DNA of 32,000 nucleotides from NCBI RefSeq assembly GCF_029953285.1, contig NZ_JASAOI010000058.1:31547-63546 (forward strand), given 5' to 3'. Below the pieces are notes generated by a model that was not told where the DNA came from, ran no database searches, and saw nothing but the letters and a program-made list of their open reading frames with translations. A program made the translations under genes and the position numbers. Positions 12,781 through 20,694 of the stretch are shown here, piece by piece. The first letter of the stretch is position 1, and each line of letters begins with the position of its first letter. The stretch is from Yinghuangia seranimata. Its GTDB lineage: Bacteria; Actinomycetota; Actinomycetes; Streptomycetales; Streptomycetaceae.

Positions 12781-15579
12781 TCACTTCGCGGGTGAGGGCC
12801 CGTTCGACGGCGTGCCGGTGCTCGGGTCGGCCGGTGCGTCCGCGCCCTTGGTGGCCTTCGGGCGCAGCGAGTAGGCGATCGCGGTCGCCGCCTCGGCGTC
12901 CTGGTCGGTGGCCGCGACGACGTGCAACTCGTCGTCGTCGCCGGTCAGTCCGGAGATCTGCGGGAGCCGCGCGTTGAAGCGCCACCGGAGCCTGCCGGTC
13001 TTCGCGTCGACGCCGAGGACCGCGCCGTTCTTGCCGTCGCCGTCCGACATGCCGACGCACACCACGTCGTCGACGACCTGCGGTTCGGACAGCCAGCCGG
13101 TGCCCCCGGTCTCGAACGTCCACAGCGGGGCGCCGGTGCGGACGTCGACCGCGTAGACCCGGCCGGTCCGCTTGAAGCCGCCCTCGGGCGCGGACGGCGT
13201 GGCGGTGGGCGACGCGGTGCCGGACCCGCGCGGGACGGTGCCGGACTGCTGGCTGGTCGGCGTGCAGGCGACGTACGCGGCGTCGCCGGAGACGACGATG
13301 TCGCTCGCGTTCCGCTCCTGCGGCGCGAACTGCCACCGCAGGCCGCCCGTGGTGGCGTCGAACGCCTGCACCCACGCGGAGGTCTTCTCGGAGTCGCTGC
13401 CCGAGGTCACCACGAGGACGTAGCCGGTCGCGGCGTCCGTCCTGGGCACCGAAGGGCCCCAGCCGGCGGGCAGGTCGGTGGTCCGCCACACGGGCTTGTG
13501 GTCCGCGGCCTTGCCGAGGTCGAGGGCGGTCAGCGTGCGGTTCTCGGCGTAGGCCGACGACGAGGACGAGGTGCTGCACCGCAGGAAGGCCTTGCCGTTC
13601 AAGACCGCGGGCGAGGCGCACCACTGCTCCTTGGCCGCGCTCCAGGTCCACCGCGTGTCGCCGTTGGCCGCGTCGAGGGCGTACACCGCGGCGTAGGCGT
13701 TGCCGTAGGAGCCGGTCGGGGGCTGGCAGGCGACGACGAGCGTCTTGGTGGCGTCGTCGTACCAGGGGATCTGCATCTCCGGCGTGTTCGAGCCGGGCGC
13801 GGCCCGCCACTTCGTGGCGCCGGTGCGCGGGTCGAGGGCCAGGATCTGGGCGGTTCCCGCGTCGCTGCTGGAGCCGGACTTGGTCCCGACGCACACGAAC
13901 AGCGCGCCGCCCTTGGTCTCGCGCGCGAGGTGCATGCTCGTGGTGGCGAAGTCCTGCTGCCACAGCGGGGTTCCGTCGGCGAGGGAGAGCGCGTAGAGGG
14001 TGTGGGCCTTGGTCTGGTCGTAGCTGTTGGCGGCGTCGCTCCACGCCACGACGTAGACCGCGTCCGGGCCGACCACCGGTGCTCCGGCGTACCGGCCGCG
14101 CAGGCTGCGCGACCACGCCTGCTGACCCTTGTCCAGGTCGATCGCGACGACACCGGACGCGACCGAGCCGTTCTTCGACACGGCGCCGTCGGCCGCGACG
14201 ACCAGCAGGTTCCGGTCCGGCTTGGCGGACGTCACCAGGACCGACTCGGCGTTCTGCAACTGGCCGAGCGGGAACCGGCCGGCTATCAGGCCGCTGTCGG
14301 ACGAGCCGCCGGACAGCGCCCAGCCGGCCGCACCGCCCACCGCCGCGACGCCCACGACCGCGCCGCCGACCAGCAGCGTGCGGCGGCTCAGGCCGCCGCG
14401 CGCCGACGCGTCCGCGGCCGTGCCGGGCGGGCCGATCACGACCGGGGCGTCCGTGGCCGCCTGCGTCAGCGCGGCGGTCGGCGGCGTCGTGGGCGGCGCC
14501 TCCGGGGGCCTGGGTCCGGGGAGCGGCACGGTCACGCCGGGCGGCGGTGCCGGCACCGTGCCGTCGGTCGGCGCGACGGCCGCGAGCGGCGTGACGGCCG
14601 CGGTGGGCGCCGCGGCCGGGTCGAGGGCCTCGGTGGCGACGTCGTCGCCGTTCGCGTCGGGGCCGAGCGGGTCGGGGCCGATCGGGTCCGCGTTCTGACG
14701 TCGGATCAGCTCGGCGGCGAGCTCCGCGGGCACCCACGCGCCGCCCGCCGCGGCCGCCGCGACGTCCGCGTCGCCGACAGTGCGCTGCAGGATGTCGGTC
14801 AGCGCGGGCCGCGCCGCGGGGTCCTTGGCCAGGCAGTCCACGACGAGGCCGCGCAGCCCCTCGGGAACCCCGTCGAGGTCCGGTTCGCCGTGGATGATCC
14901 GGTACATCAGCTGGATCGGGCTGTGCGCCGGGCCGGAGAACGGCGCGCGGCCGGTCGCCGCGTACGCCAGCACCCCGCCGAGCGCGAAGACGTCGCTGCG
15001 GTAGTCCACCTCGCCCGCCGCGCCGGCCTGTTCGGGCGACATGTAGCCGGGCGAGCCCACCGCGCCGCCGGGCGAGGTCAGCGCGTGCGTCATGTCCGCC
15101 GCGTACGAGATGCCGAAGTCGATGACGCGCGGCCGGTCCCGGCCCAGGATCACGTTGGACGGCTTGAGGTCGCGGTGCACCAGGCCCGCGCGGTGGATCG
15201 CCATGAGCGCCTCGACCAGCTGCGCGGCCAGCACGCGGACGGCGCGCTCGGGCAGCGGGCCGTACCGGGCGACCGCCTCGGACAGCGGCATGCCGGTCAG
15301 GAACTCGGTGGCCAGCCACGGCGGGTCGGAGTCCGGGTCGGCCTCCGCGATGGGCGCGGTCCACGCGCTGTCGACGCGCCGCGCGGCGGCGACCTCGCGG
15401 CGGAACCGGTCGCGGAACCCGGGGTCGTGCGCGTACTCGGGGCGCACCGTCTTCACGGCGGCGCGCAGCCCCGACGGGGAGACGCCGAGGAACACCTCGC
15501 CCATGCCGCCCTCGCCGAGCCGACCGCGCAACCGGTACGGGCCGAGCTGCCGCGGATCCCCCGGGCGCAGCGCCTCCAT
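12781..15579 (-). CDS. Membrane Ser/Thr protein kinase with an extracellular PQQ-like beta-propeller domain (932 aa)
   Basis: Hanks kinase motifs are present: GEGGMGEVF, AVK, HRDLKPSNVIL, IDFGIS and GSPGYMSPEQ. These are followed by a Pro/Ala-rich linker, a TM segment (LLVGGAVVGVAAVGGAAGWAL) and repeated ...G...W beta-propeller units (ALSLADGTPLWQ, ALDPRTGATKWR, ALDAANGDTRWT, AFDATTGGLRWQ, AVDVRTGAPLWT, GVDAKTGRLRWR). The ATG is at 15579. The ORF track runs on upstream to 16929 as antisense read-through of the next gene. Confidence 0.88.
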   Translation of the reverse strand: MEALRPGDPRQLGPYRLRGRLGEGGMGEVFLGVSPSGLRAAVKTVRPEYAHDPGFRDRFRREVAAARRVDSAWTAPIAEADPDSDPPWLATEFLTGMPLSEAVARYGPLPERAVRVLAAQLVEALMAIHRAGLVHRDLKPSNVILGRDRPRVIDFGISYAADMTHALTSPGGAVGSPGYMSPEQAGAAGEVDYRSDVFALGGVLAYAATGRAPFSGPAHSPIQLMYRIIHGEPDLDGVPEGLRGLVVDCLAKDPAARPALTDILQRTVGDADVAAAAAGGAWVPAELAAELIRRQNADPIGPDPLGPDANGDDVATEALDPAAAPTAAVTPLAAVAPTDGTVPAPPPGVTVPLPGPRPPEAPPTTPPTAALTQAATDAPVVIGPPGTAADASARGGLSRRTLLVGGAVVGVAAVGGAAGWALSGGSSDSGLIAGRFPLGQLQNAESVLVTSAKPDRNLLVVAADGAVSKNGSVASGVVAIDLDKGQQAWSRSLRGRYAGAPVVGPDAVYVVAWSDAANSYDQTKAHTLYALSLADGTPLWQQDFATTSMHLARETKGGALFVCVGTKSGSSSDAGTAQILALDPRTGATKWRAAPGSNTPEMQIPWYDDATKTLVVACQPPTGSYGNAYAAVYALDAANGDTRWTWSAAKEQWCASPAVLNGKAFLRCSTSSSSSAYAENRTLTALDLGKAADHKPVWRTTDLPAGWGPSVPRTDAATGYVLVVTSGSDSEKTSAWVQAFDATTGGLRWQFAPQERNASDIVVSGDAAYVACTPTSQQSGTVPRGSGTASPTATPSAPEGGFKRTGRVYAVDVRTGAPLWTFETGGTGWLSEPQVVDDVVCVGMSDGDGKNGAVLGVDAKTGRLRWRFNARLPQISGLTGDDDELHVVAATDQDAEAATAIAYSLRPKATKGADAPADPSTGTPSNGPSPAK

Positions 15580-15668
15580 GACCACCCATCCCCGTTCGGC
15601 TGTCCGCCTCCTTCGCGCGTGTGGTCCGGCGGAGGACGACCGCCAGCGTATCGGCGGTCGACGCGCCG

Positions 15669-15697
15669 GGGACGGCCCGGCGGTCGCGGGCCGTCCC
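15669..15697 (-). terminator. Hairpin downstream of the GH65 gene
   Basis: 11-bp stem GGGACGGCCCG / CGGGCCGTCCC with a 7-nt loop, about 50 nt past the GH65 stop codon. No U-tract, as is common in high-GC actinomycetes. Confidence 0.4.
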
Positions 15698-15746
15698 GGC
15701 GGGGTGGTCTGACGGAGGTCCCTCACGGCGGCCCGGGGGCGGGCCG

Positions 15747-18152
15747 TCACTCGGGCTCGTGGGCCTCCGTCAGGTCGCCGGACGCCAGGCTCGGCCCGGA
15801 CTGGGCGTGCCTGCGCGCCGGTTCGCGTCCGGGCGGCTGGCTGAGCCGCTCCAGCGGCACCGGCCTCGGGATGGGGCGGCTGAGCGGCTTGCCCGGCAGC
15901 ACGAGCAGTTCCTCCTCGTCCTGCACCACCTTGATCGCGTCGCCTTCGAGGAGCGTGTAGGTGGCCTGCGCGCGGGTGATCTCGGTGCGCAGCACGATCT
16001 TGCCGCGCAGCCGCATGGAGAACGCCACGCGCGTGAGGCCGGACGGCAGGCGCGGCCGGAACACCAGGTCCTCGTCGTGGTCGCGCAGCCCGCCGAAGCC
16101 CGCGACCAGCGCGATGCACGCGCCCGCGAGCGACGCCATGTGCAGGCCGTCGCGGGTGTTGCCGCCCAGGTCGTGCAGGTCCATCAGGGCGGCCTCGGCC
16201 AGGTAGTCGTACGCCAGGTCCAGGTGCCCGACCTCGGCCGCGATGACCGCCTGCGTGCACGCCGACAGCGACGAGTCGCGGACCGTCAGGCGCTCGTAGT
16301 ACGCGAAGTTGCGGGCCTTCTCCTCGGCGGTGAACGCGTCGCCGCGCACCTGCATGGCCAGCACCAGGTCGGCCTGCTTGACGACCTGCTTGCGGTACAG
16401 GTCGTAGTACGGGAAGTGCAGCAGCAGCGGGTACTTGTCGGGCGGCGTGTTCTCGAAGTCCCACATCTCGTGGTTGGTGAAGCCCTCGGCCTGCGGGTGG
16501 ACGCCCAGCTTCTCGTCGTACGGGATGAACATCGCGGAGGCGGCGTCCCGCCACTGCGCCATCTCCTCGGTGTCGACGCCGAGTCGGGCCGCCTCGTGCA
16601 GGTGCCGGGTCGCGGAGTCGGCGGCGGCGCGCAGGTTCGCCTGCGCCATGAGGTTCGTGTAGACGTTGTTGTCCGCGATCGAGCTGTACTCGTCGGGCCC
16701 GGTCACGCCGTCGATGCGGAACCGGCCCTCGGCGTCGTGGTGGCCCAGCGAGCGCCACATGCGGGCGGTCTCGACCAGGATCTCCATGCCGAAGTCGCGT
16801 TCGAAGTCGGTGTCGCCGGTGGCCCGCACGTAGCGTTCGACGGCGCGCGCGATGTCGGCGCCGATGTGGAACGCGGCGGTGCCGGCCGGCCAGTACCCGG
16901 AGCACTCCTCGCCGCGGATCGTGCGCCACGGGAACACCGCGCCGGCCAGGCCCAGTTGCGCGGCCCGCTCACGCGCCATCGGCAGCGTGGCGTGCCGCCA
17001 GCGCAGCGCTTGGGCGACGGCCTCGGGCAGGCAGTAGGTGAGCACCGGCAGCACGAACGTCTCGGTGTCCCAGAAGCAGTGCCCGTCGTAGCCGGGCCCG
17101 GTCAGGCCCTTCGCCGGGATCGCCCGCTCCTCGGTCCGCGCGCCCGCCTGCAGCACGTGGAACAGCGCGAACCGGACGGCCTGCTGGAGCTCGACGTCGC
17201 CGTCGATCTCGATGTCGGAGTGCTCCCAGAAGTCCGCGAGGTACTGGCGCTGCTCCTCGACCAGGCCGTCCCAGCCGGTGAAGCGGGCGGCGGTGAGCGC
17301 GGCGGCGACCTGGTCGCGGACGGCCGGCAGCGAGCGGGCGGCCGACCAGCCGTACGCGATGAACTTGATCAGCCGCAGCTTCTCGCCGGCCTTCAGGACG
17401 GTCGTGACGCTGTAGCGGGCCTGGTCCTCCTCGGTCTCGATCTCGCCGAGGTACTGGTTGTCGCACTCGACGACGTGGTCCATGGAGGCCGCCACCCGCA
17501 GTCCGCTGAACCGCGTCTGGTGGACGAGGACCGCCTTGGTCCCGTTGTGCGAGTGCTGCTCGGCGACCAGCGGCGCCTCGAGCACGGCGGACGCGCGCGG
17601 GTCGCCGTTCGCCGACGGCAGCTGCTCGTTCGCGACGAGTTCGGACTGCAGGACGATGCGGGCCGGGCCGTCGACCGGCTCCACCTCGTACGAGATCGCC
17701 GCGACGGCGCGCTGGGTCAGCGACACCAGCCGGGTCGAGGTGACCTTGACGGTGCGGCCGGCCGGCGACGTCCACACGGCGCGGCGGCGCAGCAGGCCGT
17801 CGCGGAAGTCGAGGCGGCGCTCGTGCTGCTTGACGTCGCCGTAGCGCAGGTCGAACGGCTCGTCGTCGACCAGCAGCCGGATGATCTTGCCGTTGGTGAC
17901 GTTGATGACGCTCTGGCCGGACTCCGGCTGGCCGTAGGCGGCCTCGGCGTACGGCAGCGGGCGCAGCTCGAAGACGCCGTTGAGGTAGGTGCCGGGCAGG
18001 CCGTGCGGCTCGCCCTCGTCGAGGTTCGCGCGCAGCCCGACGTGTCCGTTGGACAGCGTGAACACCGACTCGGCGCGGGCCAGCATCTCCAAGTCCAGGG
18101 ACTGCTCGTGCAGGCCCCACGGGTCGACGGTGTAGGCGTCGTGTGCGGTCAT
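15747..18152 (-). CDS. Glycoside hydrolase family 65 disaccharide phosphorylase (trehalose/maltose/kojibiose phosphorylase type) (801 aa)
   Basis: Size and N-terminal pattern (FTLSNGHVGLRANLDEGEP...YLNGVFE) fit, as do the central (alpha/alpha)6 region motifs (GLTGPGYDGHCFWDTE, ADNNVYTN, VVKQADLVLAM). The gene is translationally coupled (ATGA) to a beta-phosphoglucomutase, the classic GH65 partner. Confidence 0.88.
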   Translation of the reverse strand: MTAHDAYTVDPWGLHEQSLDLEMLARAESVFTLSNGHVGLRANLDEGEPHGLPGTYLNGVFELRPLPYAEAAYGQPESGQSVINVTNGKIIRLLVDDEPFDLRYGDVKQHERRLDFRDGLLRRRAVWTSPAGRTVKVTSTRLVSLTQRAVAAISYEVEPVDGPARIVLQSELVANEQLPSANGDPRASAVLEAPLVAEQHSHNGTKAVLVHQTRFSGLRVAASMDHVVECDNQYLGEIETEEDQARYSVTTVLKAGEKLRLIKFIAYGWSAARSLPAVRDQVAAALTAARFTGWDGLVEEQRQYLADFWEHSDIEIDGDVELQQAVRFALFHVLQAGARTEERAIPAKGLTGPGYDGHCFWDTETFVLPVLTYCLPEAVAQALRWRHATLPMARERAAQLGLAGAVFPWRTIRGEECSGYWPAGTAAFHIGADIARAVERYVRATGDTDFERDFGMEILVETARMWRSLGHHDAEGRFRIDGVTGPDEYSSIADNNVYTNLMAQANLRAAADSATRHLHEAARLGVDTEEMAQWRDAASAMFIPYDEKLGVHPQAEGFTNHEMWDFENTPPDKYPLLLHFPYYDLYRKQVVKQADLVLAMQVRGDAFTAEEKARNFAYYERLTVRDSSLSACTQAVIAAEVGHLDLAYDYLAEAALMDLHDLGGNTRDGLHMASLAGACIALVAGFGGLRDHDEDLVFRPRLPSGLTRVAFSMRLRGKIVLRTEITRAQATYTLLEGDAIKVVQDEEELLVLPGKPLSRPIPRPVPLERLSQPPGREPARRHAQSGPSLASGDLTEAHEPE

Positions 18153-18940
18153 CGCGTACCTCGATCCGTTCCGTTGCCCGAGGGGCCCGGCCCCTGCGCG
18201 GGGTCGGCCAGCAGGTCGGCCAGGTCGGCGACCACCACGTCGGCGCCGTGCGCGCGCAGCGCGTCCGCCTGCCCGACCCGGTCCACGCCGACCACCCGGC
18301 CGAAGCCGCCGGCCCGGCCCGACGCGACGCCCGCCAGCGCGTCCTCGAACACCACGGCGTTCTCGGGCTCGTAGCCGAGCTTGCGGGCCGCGGCCAGGAA
18401 GGTGTCGGGCGCCGGCTTGCCCGGCAGGTGCTCCTGCTGGGCGACGATCCCGTCCACGATCACCTCGAACATGCCGTCGAACCCGGCGGCGTGCAGGACG
18501 TCGCGGCAGTTGGCGCTGGAGGACACCACCGCGCGCGGGGCGTTGAGCTCGGCGAGGCGCCGCACGTAGGCCAGCGAGCCCGGGTAGGCGTCCACGCCCT
18601 GCTCGCGGATCATGCGCAGCACCGTGTCGTTCTTGAGGTTGCTCAGGCCCTGCACGGTGCGGGTGCCGGGCGGGTCGTCCGGGGCGCCCTCCGGGAGCGT
18701 GATGCCGCGTGAGGCCAGGAACTCGCGCGTGCCGTCCAGTCGGGGTCTGCCGTCCACGTAGGTGTCGTAGTCCGCGCCCGTGTCGAAGGGCACGAACGGG
18801 GTCCCCGTGCGCTCGGCCTCGGCGCGCAGGAAGCCGTCGAACATGTCCTTCCAGGCCGCGGCGTGCACCTTGGCGGTCTGCGTCAGCACACCGTCGAGGT
18901 CGAAGAGGAAGGCGTGGATGGCGTCCGGCAGTCCCAACAT
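18149..18940 (-). CDS. pgmB: Beta-phosphoglucomutase-family HAD hydrolase
   Basis: HAD motif I FLFDLDGVLTQT. Motif II VVSSS. Motif III/IV GKPAPDTFL...VVFEDALAGVASGRAGG. The start is uncertain between the ATG at 18940 (MLGLPDAIHAFLFDLDG, chosen) and the ATG at 18973. Its stop overlaps the GH65 start (ATGA). Confidence 0.82.
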   Translation of the reverse strand: MLGLPDAIHAFLFDLDGVLTQTAKVHAAAWKDMFDGFLRAEAERTGTPFVPFDTGADYDTYVDGRPRLDGTREFLASRGITLPEGAPDDPPGTRTVQGLSNLKNDTVLRMIREQGVDAYPGSLAYVRRLAELNAPRAVVSSSANCRDVLHAAGFDGMFEVIVDGIVAQQEHLPGKPAPDTFLAAARKLGYEPENAVVFEDALAGVASGRAGGFGRVVGVDRVGQADALRAHGADVVVADLADLLADPAQGPGPSGNGTDRGTR

Positions 18941-19051
18941 GGGCGTCGTCTTACCCCTTGCGCGGGCGATCATCCCCGATCGGGGGCAACTCGGCGTGCC
19001 TCGGATACCCGCTACGGTGGGCCCCAGCCTCGGGGAAGGGGAGGGTCGGGC

Positions 19052-19258
19052 ATGGCGGACGTTGAGGTCACGCTGTCGCTGCCGGGTGAGCTGGTCACCG
19101 CGGTCGGCGAGGCGTCAGGGGGCGAGATCACGGCGTACGTGGTCAAGGCGCTGCGCTCGGCGCTGCTGATGGACGCGATGCGCGAGGTCGCCGACGCGGG
19201 GCATCCGCCCCCGCCGCCGGACGACGTGCTGCACGCGGCAGAGACGGACCTGCGATGA
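19052..19258 (+). CDS. Putative ribbon-helix-helix antitoxin (68 aa)
   Basis: The ATG follows GGGGAAGGGGAGGG. It has an RHH-like beta strand plus helices (VEVTLSLPGELVTAVGE...ITAYVVKALRSALL). Its stop overlaps the toxin ATG (ATGA). Confidence 0.6.
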   Translation: MADVEVTLSLPGELVTAVGEASGGEITAYVVKALRSALLMDAMREVADAGHPPPPPDDVLHAAETDLR

Positions 19259-19560
19259 GGCGCGGTCAGGTCTGGCGCATCCCGACCGTGGGACGCGAGC
19301 GCACCGTGCTGGTCGTGGGGGCCGACGAGGTGACCGCGATGTACGGGCAGGCGTTGTGCGTCGTCGTCCACGAGCCCGGCGCGTTCCCCGAGTCGCTGGT
19401 CACGGTGCCGCTGGAGGAGCCCGTGCAGGGCGTCGTCGGCGTGCCGGACGTGGCCGGCTTCCGGCAGGCGCGCTTCGACCACGGCAAGCTGCTGGGGCGG
19501 GTCGACTCGGACACAATGGAGCGCGTCGAGATCGCGCTGCGGGCGATCCTCGAGCTCTAG
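19255..19560 (+). CDS. PemK/MazF-like type II toxin (101 aa)
   Basis: The N-terminus RRGQVWRI...GRERTVLVVGADE matches the MazF/PemK RGD[IV]W...RP.LV[VI]S pattern. The size, the VVH...V...D....L..LG...M..V..AL...L layout and the 4-nt overlap with a small upstream gene fit a type II TA module. Confidence 0.68.
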   Translation: MRRGQVWRIPTVGRERTVLVVGADEVTAMYGQALCVVVHEPGAFPESLVTVPLEEPVQGVVGVPDVAGFRQARFDHGKLLGRVDSDTMERVEIALRAILEL

Positions 19561-19800
19561 GGCGTGCCTGGGGGATCTCTCCGGGCCCGCGCCGCGTGGC
19601 ACGCATCCGGGCCTAGACGGCCCTCCTCACTCGCTGCGCTCGCTCCGCCGCGTTGCAGGACCTCGCGAGTACGACCGAGTACGAGCAGCCGGGCCTGGCG
19701 GCCCTCCCAAGTCCTGCGCCTCGCTCGGGAGGGCCGCCAGGCCCGGCGCGCACGCACCACGCGACGCGGGCTGATCCGAAGAGATCCCCCAGACACGCCC
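19560..19800. mobile_element. MITE-like 241-bp palindromic element with 21-bp terminal inverted repeats flanked by TA
   Basis: The left end is GGGCGTGCCTGGGGGATCTCT (19560-19580). The reverse complement of the right end is GGGCGTGTCTGGGGGATCTCT (19780-19800), a 20/21 match. TA dinucleotides flank it at 19558-19559 and 19801-19802. The interior consists of imperfect inverted copies of one unit, including a perfect 20-bp stem CCGGGCCTGGCGGCCCTCCC (19689-19708) / GGGAGGGCCGCCAGGCCCGG (19727-19746) and a tandem CGAGTACGA x2 at the centre. There is no coding capacity. Confidence 0.45.
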
Positions 19801-19839
19801 TATGGCTCCTTCGCCCTCTCGGTTCCCTTCGCCGTCGGG

Positions 19840-20694
19840 TCAGCCCTTCGCGACGACGGTGAGCAGGTGCGCGACGGTGTCCGCCATCGCCTGGCGGGCC
19901 GCGGTCAGGCTGGGGCGCGGGTCGGTGCGCTCGGGGTGTGCGGCGAGTTCGGCGCGCAGGGCGGCGGTGTAGGCGAGGTTGAGCGCCGTGCCTATGTTGA
20001 TCTTCGTCATGCCGTGCGCGGTCGCCGCGCGCAGCTCGTCGTCCGGGACGCCAGACGAGCCGTGCAGCACCAGCGGCACCGCGACCGCCGCGTGCAGTTC
20101 GGCGATCAGGTTGTGGTCGAGCGCCGCCGTGCGGGTCGTCATGGCGTGGCTGCTGCCGACGGCGACGGCCAGCGCGTCGACACCGGTCGCCGCGACGTAG
20201 TCGACGGCCTCGTCGGGCCGCGTCCGCGCGCCGGGCGCGTGCGCGTCGAGTGCCGGCTCGCCGGCCTTCCCGCCGACCTGGCCGAGCTCGGCCTCCAGCC
20301 ACAGGCCGCGGCCGTGCGCCCATGCGGCGGCGGCGCGGGTCGCGGCGACGTTGTCCGCGTAGGACAGCTTCGACGCGTCGAACATGACCGAACTGATCGC
20401 CGTGCCCTCGACCGCGAGCAGGAGCTCCTCGGAGACGACGTGGTCGAGGTGCAGGCCCACCGCGACGGACGCGGAGTCGGCGAGCGCCGCGCACGCGTCG
20501 GCGAGCGGGCGCAGGCGACCGTCGTGGAACCGCACCGCGTTCTCGCTGAGCGCCACGATGACGGGGAGGCCGACGGCCTCGGCGCCGGCGACGATCGCCT
20601 CGGCGTGTTCGAGCGTGATGGCGTTGAAGGCGGCGGCCCCGCGTCCGGCCTCGCGTGCCGACGCGACGATGTCACCGGTGACCGTGAGCGGCAT
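19840..20694 (-). CDS. Class II ketose-bisphosphate aldolase (tagatose-/fructose-1,6-bisphosphate aldolase family) (284 aa)
   Basis: Family motifs AFNAITLEHAEAIV, VGLHLDHV, LEAELGQVGG, AVAVGSSHA, LVLHGSSGVPDDEL and TKINIGT. Confidence 0.85.
   Translation of the reverse strand: MPLTVTGDIVASAREAGRGAAAFNAITLEHAEAIVAGAEAVGLPVIVALSENAVRFHDGRLRPLADACAALADSASVAVGLHLDHVVSEELLLAVEGTAISSVMFDASKLSYADNVAATRAAAAWAHGRGLWLEAELGQVGGKAGEPALDAHAPGARTRPDEAVDYVAATGVDALAVAVGSSHAMTTRTAALDHNLIAELHAAVAVPLVLHGSSGVPDDELRAATAHGMTKINIGTALNLAYTAALRAELAAHPERTDPRPSLTAARQAMADTVAHLLTVVAKG

Noticed and set aside
15580-16929. Upstream extension of the kinase ORF (the track gives 12781-16929, 1382 aa)
   Set aside because: The extension runs antisense through the GH65 gene and is Arg/Pro-rich. 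The kinase domain begins right after the ATG at 15579 (MEALRPGDPRQLGPYRL...).
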